A stretch of DNA of 64,000 bases from Treponemataceae bacterium (GTDB lineage Bacteria; Spirochaetota; Spirochaetia; Treponematales; Rectinemataceae): the NCBI GenBank assembly GCA_963678065.2, contig CAXXVZ010000005.1, positions 672,001-736,000 on the forward strand, in the 5' to 3' direction. Shown here in pieces: positions 55,924 through 64,000 of this stretch. The number at the start of each line of letters is the position of its first letter. Position 1 is the first letter of the stretch. Made by a program: the position numbers and the translations under genes. A model generated the notes under the pieces. It did no database searches. It worked only from the letters and a program-made list of their open reading frames with translations, and had not been told where the DNA came from.

Positions 55924-56949
55924 ATGAAACTCAAAGCCCTTGCTTTTGCGGTCGCCATCCTCTTCTCACTCTCTTCCGCTCAGGCCGAAGTCGAGGCCCC
56001 CGTGCAGGTGTCCTTCGTCCCCGGAGCGGGATTGCCCTTCGGCTCGGGCGACGCTGCCATTTCGCTCGGCCTCATCGGCGCGATAAACGACAGGATCGAC
56101 ATGATCCAGCTCTCCAGCGTCTTCAATGTCGCCAACGAGGCGCGCGGCATCCAGGCCGCCGGTGTCTTCAACGTCGCCTCGCAGAGGCTCGACGGAATCC
56201 AGCTCGGAGGTGTCTTCAACATCGGAAACATCGTTGTCACCCCCATCCAAGGCGCGGGCGTCTTCAACATCGCCCACAACCTCATCGGCTTCCAGGCCGC
56301 GGGCGTCTTCAACATCGCCGACAATGTCTACGGAGTCCAGACAGCGGGCGTCTTCAACCTGGCCAAGGATGTACGCGGCCTTCAGATCGGCGTCGTCAAC
56401 GTGGCGGACAAGGTCGACGGCCTCCAGATCGGCCTCCTCAACTTCTCGTCCAACGGAATCAGCGATCTCGGCCTCGTCTGGAACCGCTCCGACGGCTACG
56501 TGAACACATCATGGAAGACCGGCAGAAATGGCTTCTATTTCGTCTACGGCGCCGGCGCGCCTCAGGGCGAATGGTTCTCGAATCCCGACCATGTCACTGT
56601 CAGCGCGGGCCTGGGCGGCAGGACGGGGAGCTCGCGCGCCCCACACATCGACCTCGACATCCGCGCGGAACAATACCTCGGTCCCGACCATGTCAGGTTC
56701 GCCAAAGGCATCCTCCACGAGGACGGGCTCACTCCCCTGGACGTCCTCAGACCCTATCCCAGCATCAACCTCTGCCTCGGCATCCCCATCGGCCCCGTCA
56801 CTCTCATAGGCGGAGCCAAGGTCGACGTCAATCTCGCCGACGCTCCCTGGATGCCCGCAAGCCTGCAGAAGGGCCTGTCCTACTCCGACACCTGGTTCGG
56901 CCTCGGATTCACGGCCTGGACAAAGCTCTTCTTCGGGCTGAGCATCTAG
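55924..56949 (+). CDS. Secreted LA_2272-like surface repeat protein
   Basis: Signal peptide; about 8 repeats of G.Q..GVFN.A; beta-rich C-terminus. Confidence 0.75.
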   Translation: MKLKALAFAVAILFSLSSAQAEVEAPVQVSFVPGAGLPFGSGDAAISLGLIGAINDRIDMIQLSSVFNVANEARGIQAAGVFNVASQRLDGIQLGGVFNIGNIVVTPIQGAGVFNIAHNLIGFQAAGVFNIADNVYGVQTAGVFNLAKDVRGLQIGVVNVADKVDGLQIGLLNFSSNGISDLGLVWNRSDGYVNTSWKTGRNGFYFVYGAGAPQGEWFSNPDHVTVSAGLGGRTGSSRAPHIDLDIRAEQYLGPDHVRFAKGILHEDGLTPLDVLRPYPSINLCLGIPIGPVTLIGGAKVDVNLADAPWMPASLQKGLSYSDTWFGLGFTAWTKLFFGLSI

Positions 56950-57068
56950 ATCCTCATGTCACATTCCATCCTCGATGGCGGGTTGCGGCGCGGCGGCACA
57001 CCATTGTCCCGGCCTGCCGCGCCTCACCCCCTCGAACAGCCACCCTCACGCAAGCTATAGTCGTGGCC

Positions 57069-57722
57069 ATGAAATCCACGACCACGACTCCCACAGTTTC
57101 GACACTTGTATTCGATTTCGGCAGAGTCATCACCCGCGACCAGAACACGGTCTTGGCCACCGAGATGGCCTCGATGCTCGGCGCGAGCCCCGAAGCCTTC
57201 GCCCCGGCCTATTACGGCGAACGGAGCGAATACGACAGGGGCAGCTTCGGGGCGGAAGGCTACTGGACGCGCGTCGCCTCCCGGCTCGGGACCACAGTCG
57301 GCCACAACGAAATAGCCCGACTCGTCGAGCTCGACATGGAGAGCTGGTTCGTCATCGATCCGGCCATGACGGACTTCATCGCCGACATGAAAGCCCGCGT
57401 CGCCCGCCTTGTCCTTTTGTCCAACATACCCTTCGATGGAGCCGGGAAGCTCCGCCGCGGCGGGTACGGCTGGGTTTCCCTGTTCGACGGCCTCGTCCTC
57501 TCCTGCGAACACAGGGTCATCAAACCCGAACGCGCCATCTACGAAATATGCATCGCGGCGGCCGGAACAATGCCGGAGCGCTGTCTCCTCGTCGACGACG
57601 TCCCCGGCAACATCGCGGGCGCGCGCGACAGCGGGATGCAGGGCCATGTCTACGCTGGTATTCCCGCTCTCAGATCCGAGCTCGAGCGGAACTTCAGGCT
57701 GGTCTCCTCCCCGCAGGCCTGA
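57069..57722 (+). CDS. HAD-family phosphatase (YihX-like)
   Basis: VFDFGRVI, LLSN, KPERAIY, VDD...N..GA...G. Confidence 0.85.
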   Translation: MKSTTTTPTVSTLVFDFGRVITRDQNTVLATEMASMLGASPEAFAPAYYGERSEYDRGSFGAEGYWTRVASRLGTTVGHNEIARLVELDMESWFVIDPAMTDFIADMKARVARLVLLSNIPFDGAGKLRRGGYGWVSLFDGLVLSCEHRVIKPERAIYEICIAAAGTMPERCLLVDDVPGNIAGARDSGMQGHVYAGIPALRSELERNFRLVSSPQA

Positions 57723-57797
57723 ACCCGCCGGTTCCGGCAGATTCCATCCCCTTTACCCGCGCGAAAGCTCTGGCTATCATGGGCCCGGAGGTTCCCG

Positions 57798-58532
57798 ATG
57801 ACCACTGTTCTCTCGTTGGGCGGTTCTATCGTCGCCCCGGACAGCCCCGATTCCGTCTTTCTCGCCGCCTTCCGGGCTTTTGTCGCGAGCTATCTCGCCG
57901 CCTCGCCCGAACGGCGTCTCATTCTGGTCGTCGGCGGCGGCGGTCCCGCGCGCAGTTGGCAGAAAGCCTACCGAGCCTCCCTCGCTCCGGTACCCGCCGG
58001 AGCCGCGGCATTCCCCGACACCTCCACCCCGCTCCCCTCCGACGAGGCTCAGGACTGGATCGGCATCGCCGCGACCCGCCTCAACGCCCAGCTCGTGAAG
58101 GGCATCCTCGGGGATCTCTGTCTCGACCCCGTCGTGACCGATCCGGTCGCCGACTTCGCCTTCTCGGGCCGCGTCCTCGTCGCGGCGGGCTGGAAGCCCG
58201 GATTCTCCACCGACTTCGACGCGGTCATGCTCGCGGAGCGCTTCGGCGCCAAAGTCGTGCTCAACCTCTCCAACATCGCGAAAGTCTACACGGCCGACCC
58301 GCGCGTCGATCCTTCCGCCCTCCCCATCGACAGCATCGCCTGGAAGGAATTCCGCGCCCTCGTGGGCGACACCTGGGTCCCCGGCAAGAACGTCCCCTTC
58401 GACCCGATCGCGACAAAAAAAGCCTCTGCACTCGGCCTCAAGGTCGTCTGCGCCGCGGGCGCAGATCTCGCCAACCTCGGAAATATCCTCGAGGGGCGCC
58501 CCTTTGTCGGCACCGTGATCGGCCCGGACTGA
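57798..58532 (+). CDS. pyrH: UMP kinase (archaeal/spirochaete type)
   Basis: VLSLGGSIV, VVGGGGPAR, D.IGI.ATRLNA, GWKPGFSTD, VYTADP, PFDP.A. Confidence 0.9.
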   Translation: MTTVLSLGGSIVAPDSPDSVFLAAFRAFVASYLAASPERRLILVVGGGGPARSWQKAYRASLAPVPAGAAAFPDTSTPLPSDEAQDWIGIAATRLNAQLVKGILGDLCLDPVVTDPVADFAFSGRVLVAAGWKPGFSTDFDAVMLAERFGAKVVLNLSNIAKVYTADPRVDPSALPIDSIAWKEFRALVGDTWVPGKNVPFDPIATKKASALGLKVVCAAGADLANLGNILEGRPFVGTVIGPD

Positions 58533-58549
58533 AGGACGCGTTCGATCCC

Positions 58550-59488
58550 ATGAACAAACCGCAGACTCAAACCGCCGGAAAGGCCGGCCGGATTCCCTCC
58601 GGGGCGCTCAGGGCGGATGGCCTCCTCCTTCTCACCGCCATCATCTGGGGCTTCGCATTCTCCGCCCAGCGCAGCGGGATGGAGTTCATCGGCCCCTTCG
58701 CCTACACGGGAGTGCGCTTCGCCCTCGGAGCCCTCTCCATGCTCCCTCTTCTCATCTTTTCGCGCCGACGCGCCTCGCCCGCAGAAAAGGCCAAATCGAT
58801 CAAGCCGGGCAGAAAGATCCTCGGGATAGGCGCAGCCGGTCTCATCCTCTTCTCGGGTTCGACCCTCCAGCAGGTCGGCCTCGTCTCCACGACGGCCGGA
58901 AACGCCGGCTTCATCACCTGCCTCTACGTCGTCCTCGTGCCTCTCCTGGGGATACTCATCGGCAGGCACTCTTCGCCCCGGATATGGATCGGCGCCATCC
59001 TCGCTCTCGCCGGCCTCTACATCCTGTCCATCGGGGCGGGCTTCACCATGGCCAAAGGCGACCTCCTCGTCCTCATCGGGGCCTTCTTCTGGGCCTTCCA
59101 CATCCTCATCGTCGCGCGGCTCGCCAACCGCATGGACCCGCTCGAACTGGCTTTCGGACAGTACATCATGTGCTCCATCCTCAGCCTCGCCGTCGCCCTC
59201 GCGACGGAGCCGCACACATTCTCCGGCATTCTTCCCGCCGCCATCCCCATCCTCTACGGCGGGATACTCTCCATCGGCGTCGCCTTCACCCTGCAGATCA
59301 TCGCCCAGAAGACCGCCCACCCCGCGCACGCATCCATCATCCTCTCCATGGAATCCCTGTTCGCGGCTATCGGTGGCGTCATTCTCCTCGGCGAGCCCGT
59401 CACGGCGAGGCTCGTGATCGGCGGGGCATTCATGCTCTCGGGCATGCTCATCTCCCAGACCGAGTCTGCGCCCGGACCCACGGCTTAA
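58550..59488 (+). CDS. DMT/EamA-family transporter
   Basis: IWGFAF.AQ, RF, AGNAGFIT.LYVV.VP, GD, AFTLQ..AQK, E..FA. Confidence 0.9.
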   Translation: MNKPQTQTAGKAGRIPSGALRADGLLLLTAIIWGFAFSAQRSGMEFIGPFAYTGVRFALGALSMLPLLIFSRRRASPAEKAKSIKPGRKILGIGAAGLILFSGSTLQQVGLVSTTAGNAGFITCLYVVLVPLLGILIGRHSSPRIWIGAILALAGLYILSIGAGFTMAKGDLLVLIGAFFWAFHILIVARLANRMDPLELAFGQYIMCSILSLAVALATEPHTFSGILPAAIPILYGGILSIGVAFTLQIIAQKTAHPAHASIILSMESLFAAIGGVILLGEPVTARLVIGGAFMLSGMLISQTESAPGPTA

Positions 59489-59737
59489 GCCGGTGGTTCC
59501 CGGAACGTGTTCATGAGATCCGCCGGCTTCCGGACGCAGGCCCGGAAGCACAGAGTGGCCGCCCGTGTCGTTTTTTCCTGCACCAAAGCGCAGACAATGG
59601 TAAAAGACCGTCGTCCGCGATAGAATTGAAGGTGGTTCTGCGGAATCCCGCTCCGGACATGATCGACGACCTCGCAGCGGGCTGCGGGGTATGAACCCAC
59701 TTCCGAATCAACCGCGGATCATCGCAAGGAGACCCGA

Positions 59738-60385
59738 ATGCCGGATTATACGGACATTGAGACCTCTCGCCAGAAGGCCCTCGACATGCTCACCAACGCC
59801 TTCGCGGGCGGCGACATATCGATTGAGGACTACGAAAAAAAGGCGGGACGGGTGCAAAACGCCACCCGTGTCGATGAAATCAGGCAGTGTGTTTCCGACT
59901 TGCCCGCCGACCCCTTGCCCGGCCAGGCATCCTCCAGGGGCTTCCCCGAGTCGCGCTCACGTCGCTCCGACCGCGACAGGGGCTATGCCGGCGATCCGGC
60001 CCTTCGCCCCCAGCCTGACTTCGCTGTCGAGGCGAGGGGCAGCGGCAACGAGGCCATCGCCTGCGTCATGGGCGAGCGGCACATGACCGGAGACTGGCTC
60101 AACACCGACAATGTTTCATCGTTCACCCTCATGGGAAGCACGACCCTCGACCTCAGGCACACCGCCCTGCCACCCGGCAGGCTCAAGATCGACGCTTTCA
60201 CCCTCATGGGCGAGATCAAGGTCATCGTACCGCGCGGTCTTCCGGTCAAACTCAGCGCATTTCCCTTCATGGGCGACGCGCGAATGGCGGAGAATGTCGA
60301 ACGGCGCGTCGTCCGCTCCGGGCCGTATGTGGAAATTTCCGGATTCGCCATGATGGGCAGCATCGTGGTACACTCGGCCGATTGA
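59738..60385 (+). CDS. DUF1707 (SHOCT-like) plus LiaF/DUF2154-like protein
   Basis: R.KA...L..AF..G.I...Y N-terminal domain; MG...LDL, MG.IKVIVP C-terminal domain. Confidence 0.75.
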   Translation: MPDYTDIETSRQKALDMLTNAFAGGDISIEDYEKKAGRVQNATRVDEIRQCVSDLPADPLPGQASSRGFPESRSRRSDRDRGYAGDPALRPQPDFAVEARGSGNEAIACVMGERHMTGDWLNTDNVSSFTLMGSTTLDLRHTALPPGRLKIDAFTLMGEIKVIVPRGLPVKLSAFPFMGDARMAENVERRVVRSGPYVEISGFAMMGSIVVHSAD

Positions 60386-60395
60386 GGGAGGTCTC

Positions 60396-60887
60396 ATGTA
60401 CAGAATAGTGCCCACAGACGAAAAATATGCGGAATCCTTCCTTCAGGCTGTCGATTCGGTCAAGGATGAAGGCGAGTTCCTCTTCGCGACCCTCCGGTTC
60501 AAGATCGAAGACACCGTGCACTTCATGCGGGCTGCGCGCGAAAACGATACCCCCGCCTTCATCGCTCTCGACGAAAGGGAGGAGGTCATCGGCTGGTGCG
60601 ACATCGCCCCCGGAAACATCGAGGAAACACGCCACGTCGGGACTCTCGGAATGGGCATTGTGGCGGCCGAACGCGGAAAGGGTATCGGCGAGGAACTCCT
60701 CGCCCAGGTCATCAACAAAGCCAGGCAGAAAGGCATGGAAAAGATCGAGCTGCAGGTCTTCGCTTCCAACGATGCCGCGCGTTCCCTCTACCGTAAGTTC
60801 GGTTTCTCCGAGGAAGGACTCCTCCGCCGGAAGCGCAAGTACCGGAACCATTACGACGACCTCGTCTGCATGGGGCTGTTCCTGTAA
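60396..60887 (+). CDS. GNAT N-acetyltransferase
   Basis: IGWCDI, HVGTLGMG, RGKGIG, LQVFASN..A..LYRKFGF..EG. Confidence 0.9.
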   Translation: MYRIVPTDEKYAESFLQAVDSVKDEGEFLFATLRFKIEDTVHFMRAARENDTPAFIALDEREEVIGWCDIAPGNIEETRHVGTLGMGIVAAERGKGIGEELLAQVINKARQKGMEKIELQVFASNDAARSLYRKFGFSEEGLLRRKRKYRNHYDDLVCMGLFL

Positions 60888-61066
60888 GTCTCCGGCCCCG
60901 CTTGCGGATGCCGCCTCCGCCCACGCGCGCATCCCCCGCCCGGAGATGCGCGCCGCCGGACGGATCGCAGACCGAAAAAAAGGCCGCGTCCTCGGGGATT
61001 ATCCCAGGAGCGCGGCCTTCATCTTTTCCGTCACATCATCCCCCTCTGCGAGGGGGCAGACCTCTT

Positions 61067-62506
61067 TCAGATCTTGTCTATCAGCATCGAGCACTTGCCC
61101 GAAGGTATCGGTAGAGTCTTCTTCTTCTTTCCGAGGACATTGATCGTGAAATAGTAGAGCTTCTCGCTCTCCATGTGGATTTCCCAGCCGCGTCCCGACT
61201 TGTTGGACAGGATCGTGACGAGGTTCCGTTTCAGGGAGAGATTCTCTATGCCCATGATCTCGAGGTTGGGGATGATCCAGTCCACGGTCTTGCGCGGCAG
61301 CGAAATGTAGAGGCCGACGATGTTTTCGATCATGAGGGCGATGGTCGAAAGCCCCGCGAAAGGCAGATACTGGCGGTGCGGCCAGTCCTGATGCCCTTCC
61401 CAGGCAGCCTTACCCTCGCTCTGAGGCTGGTAGGCCTCCCACACGACGGGCTTGGAATCGTGGTTCCGCTCCTCGCCCGGCTGGTGCATGGAATCGAGGA
61501 CGAAATACAGATGACGGATGGCGCAATCGCGCGCGAGTTCGTACTGGTTGTACTTCTCGAGCCCCTTGATGACCATGTAGGTGAAGGCGGGTATCACCGA
61601 TCCCCTGTAGCCGTTCCCGGTCCTGTCGTAATCGGGATGGTCGGCGGCGAGGGTCGGGAAGGGGTGCTCCGTGCCGAATGTGGCTGGGTCTTTGAGGTGG
61701 GCGATGAGCCTCTCGGCGCGGTCCTCGTTGGGGATCTCCGCGAGAAGGGGCCAGAATCCGCCTATCGTCTTGGTCCGGATCTGGTTGCCGGCCTCGTCGA
61801 TATCGTAATAGAAGCCATCCTCCGCGTTCCACATCATCGAATTGACGCGGGTCTTCAGGGAAAAGTAAGAGCGCTTGAACTGGAAAGACGCTTCCTTGTC
61901 GTTCAGGATATCCCCGAGGGCCGAGAGGTAGAGAGCGTTCATCGCCATCGCGGCGTTGAAGTCCGAGAGGTAGACGGCGTCCCTGCGGGGGGAGTTCGGC
62001 ATCCCGGTCGCGGAGACAGGCACGGCGTAAAGGCCGTTGTCGCGGCGGAAGGTCGCTTCCATCCAGGCCCAGTGTTTCTGGAGGGTGGGCATGACATCCT
62101 TCACGCGTTTCTTGTTGGCCGTCTTGTGGTAGAGGTTGTATTCGGCCCAGGCAAAGAGGGGAAGGGAGAGGCCTTCGGGATTGTCGGGAGTCAGAATGGG
62201 AGTTCCGGACGCGAGATCATAGCAGCCCCGGATGGCTCCGCTGGGTTCCTGCAGGCTGTACAACGCATCGAGCCCATTGGATGCGCCGTATATGCGATTG
62301 GAATAGACCAGGAAAAACGACGAAAAAACCTGTTCCATGACATCGACGACGGGAACCTGGGGGTAATGGAACAGCTTAGCCTTCTCAAGGCTGCTCCCCG
62401 GATTCCCTGAAGCCCAGCAATCGGATATCCATGCCCAGGTTCTGTCGTACATCTCGACAAAATCCTGGTCATAAAAATGAACACGCGGAAAATCCTTCTT
62501 GTTCAA
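61067..62506 (-). CDS. MGH1/GH63-like (alpha/alpha)6 glycoside hydrolase family protein
   Basis: PLFAWAE, GM.NSPR, D.NA, MWN..DGFYYD, FWPLLA, Y.GSV, WEAY; TTG start after GAGAGG. Confidence 0.75.
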   Translation of the reverse strand: MNKKDFPRVHFYDQDFVEMYDRTWAWISDCWASGNPGSSLEKAKLFHYPQVPVVDVMEQVFSSFFLVYSNRIYGASNGLDALYSLQEPSGAIRGCYDLASGTPILTPDNPEGLSLPLFAWAEYNLYHKTANKKRVKDVMPTLQKHWAWMEATFRRDNGLYAVPVSATGMPNSPRRDAVYLSDFNAAMAMNALYLSALGDILNDKEASFQFKRSYFSLKTRVNSMMWNAEDGFYYDIDEAGNQIRTKTIGGFWPLLAEIPNEDRAERLIAHLKDPATFGTEHPFPTLAADHPDYDRTGNGYRGSVIPAFTYMVIKGLEKYNQYELARDCAIRHLYFVLDSMHQPGEERNHDSKPVVWEAYQPQSEGKAAWEGHQDWPHRQYLPFAGLSTIALMIENIVGLYISLPRKTVDWIIPNLEIMGIENLSLKRNLVTILSNKSGRGWEIHMESEKLYYFTINVLGKKKKTLPIPSGKCSMLIDKI

Positions 62507-62722
62507 GGACGACCTCTCAGGTGCACTCCATCCACAAACTCCGGTACATGATGCGACCGAATACAGTATATGCTTGGATATGCAAGAAAATGCTCTATTT
62601 AGTTAAACTAAAACTATAGTCGTGTTGATCGGTTTTGTCAAATTGAAACAGATTTATTATGCACTTCCTCCGGTCGAAACAGGCATCCCGGACGGTGGCC
62701 GGCCGCGCGGCCCCGCATGGAA

Positions 62723-64000
62723 TCATTCCGCCCGCTTTTCCCGATCGAGGCCCGGCGGCTGGATGGCTTCCAGGGCGATGAGTTCCCCGGCCAGTTTGCG
62801 GACGTTTTCGCGCAATTTGAAGATACAGTCCGTGATCAGCGCTTCTCCTCTGACGATGTCCTCGGCCAGAGCCTTGCAGCTCGGAGAGCCGCAGGCGCCG
62901 CAGTCGAGCCCGGGCAAACCGGAGGCTATGCGCTCCATTTCTTCGGCCATGACGAGTGCCCTCTGCATGTCGGCGTCGAGGCTGAGGGTAGGCTGCGACT
63001 CGAGGGCCCTGCTCCAGCGGTATTCTCCGGGCTTCAGGAAAGAAAGATCACCGCGGCCCCCGTCCGCACCACCCTCAGATGCCCCCGCCCTCAGCTCCGT
63101 CTCGACATCGGCCTCGCACTCGCGCAGGTACGTCTTCGATCTGGACACGAAGGGATTCCCCACAGTCATGGGCCCGCCGACGCATCCCGCCGGACAGGCG
63201 AGAGCCTCGATATAGTCGATATCCTTTATTTTTCCGTTTTCCAGCTCCTCGAGCACCTCGATGACATTCCCGATCCCGTCAACGGATATCGCCCTCCGGT
63301 CTCCCAAAGCCCTCGTCTCACCTTCCGCGCGCGCCCAGCCGATCCCGACACTGCCGGCTCTCGCCGTGCTGCCCCGCTCCAGCGCTGCGGAGGAAAGCTG
63401 CCCCACCCCGGCAACGCCCGGCAGCTCCGCCCGACGATCCCTTTCAGCCTCGCGCCTCCCCGCCTTCTCCAGATTCTTCCGGAGCTGCAAGTAGGCATCC
63501 TTGATACCGATCACGCCGTCCACGGCAGAGCGTCTGTACCCAAGAGGAGTCCTTACGGCGGAGACCTTCCCGGCGCAGGGGCTTATGAAGAACACACCGA
63601 GCCCTTCCCTGCCCGGATACAGCTTGTCGCGCACGATGCGCGCAGCGACCTCCATCGGCGGCAGGATGGTGGCGAGGTTCGGTATGAGCGAAGGGAAGCG
63701 GAGCTGGATCAGCCGGACAACGGAGGGGCAAGCCGCCGAAATGAGGGGCCTCGCCCCGCCCTGGGAGAGGAGAGCCTGAGTCTGCGCGCTGACTTCCTCG
63801 GCCGCCAGCGCCACCTCGAAGGCATCATCGAAGCCCAACCCCAGAAGCGCTTCCAGAATGTCGCTCCGGCTGAACTTTTCATCGAACTGCGCGTAGAGGG
63901 AAGGGGCCGGCAGGGCCACCGTGAAAGAAAAATCGCGGATCATGGAGAGAGGATCGGAAACAGCCTTCTTGGCGCCCTGAGGACAGGTCCGGATGCATTC
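62723..64000 (-). CDS. [FeFe]-hydrogenase large-subunit-like protein (group C/D type) with C-terminal FeS domain; 5'-partial
   Basis: ECIRTCP at the window edge; ISAACP, ISPCAGK, EALACPAGCVGG; LPGLDCGACGSPSC...C. Confidence 0.85.
   Translation of the reverse strand, partial: ECIRTCPQGAKKAVSDPLSMIRDFSFTVALPAPSLYAQFDEKFSRSDILEALLGLGFDDAFEVALAAEEVSAQTQALLSQGGARPLISAACPSVVRLIQLRFPSLIPNLATILPPMEVAARIVRDKLYPGREGLGVFFISPCAGKVSAVRTPLGYRRSAVDGVIGIKDAYLQLRKNLEKAGRREAERDRRAELPGVAGVGQLSSAALERGSTARAGSVGIGWARAEGETRALGDRRAISVDGIGNVIEVLEELENGKIKDIDYIEALACPAGCVGGPMTVGNPFVSRSKTYLRECEADVETELRAGASEGGADGGRGDLSFLKPGEYRWSRALESQPTLSLDADMQRALVMAEEMERIASGLPGLDCGACGSPSCKALAEDIVRGEALITDCIFKLRENVRKLAGELIALEAIQPPGLDREKRAE

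Noticed and set aside
56098..56450. Periodic gtcttcaac repeats resembling an array
   Set aside because: They are in-frame coding repeats (GVFN) of the surface protein, not CRISPR.
59489..59737. Structured intergenic region as an ncRNA
   Set aside because: Only short GC hairpins; no family motif recognised.
1..64000. Reverse transcriptase, Avd, cas genes, CRISPR array, tRNA or rRNA
   Set aside because: No RT-like ORF with a YxDD context, no regularly spaced repeat-spacer array and no recognisable structural RNA were seen.

Overview
A GC-rich bacterial window, probably from a free-living or anaerobic spirochaete. This is inferred from the archaeal-type UMP kinase, the LA_2272-like repeat protein and the Treponema-like GH63/MGH1 protein. 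(1) 1-9 kb is an accessory island. It holds a secreted FGE-sulfatase/CLec-fold protein with a C-terminal variable region and a second, decayed copy of that region at 7.3-7.7 kb. The two copies differ almost only at codon positions 1-2 of NNY codons, the signature of diversity-generating retroelement (DGR) targets; no reverse transcriptase or template repeat is in the window. The island also carries a complete ISAzo13-family IS, an AT-rich C45 Ntn-hydrolase gene and a VIT/DUF2135 pseudogene. (2) 9-19.5 kb is a LacI-regulated sugar ABC + DhaK/L + isomerase catabolic locus. (3) 24.8-33.9 kb is a Wsp-like chemosensory cluster ending in a diguanylate cyclase. (4) 35.4-46 kb is a poly-gamma-glutamate locus (pgsB-pgsC-pgsW) preceded by three secreted M14/AstE-like zinc peptidases, two CapD-like gamma-glutamyltransferases and a DUF6305-like protein. 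(5) 46-64 kb holds an atypical transaldolase operon, a hybrid kinase/diguanylate cyclase pair and housekeeping genes. No rRNA, tRNA or CRISPR array was seen. All assignments come from motif recognition by eye; no database searches were run.
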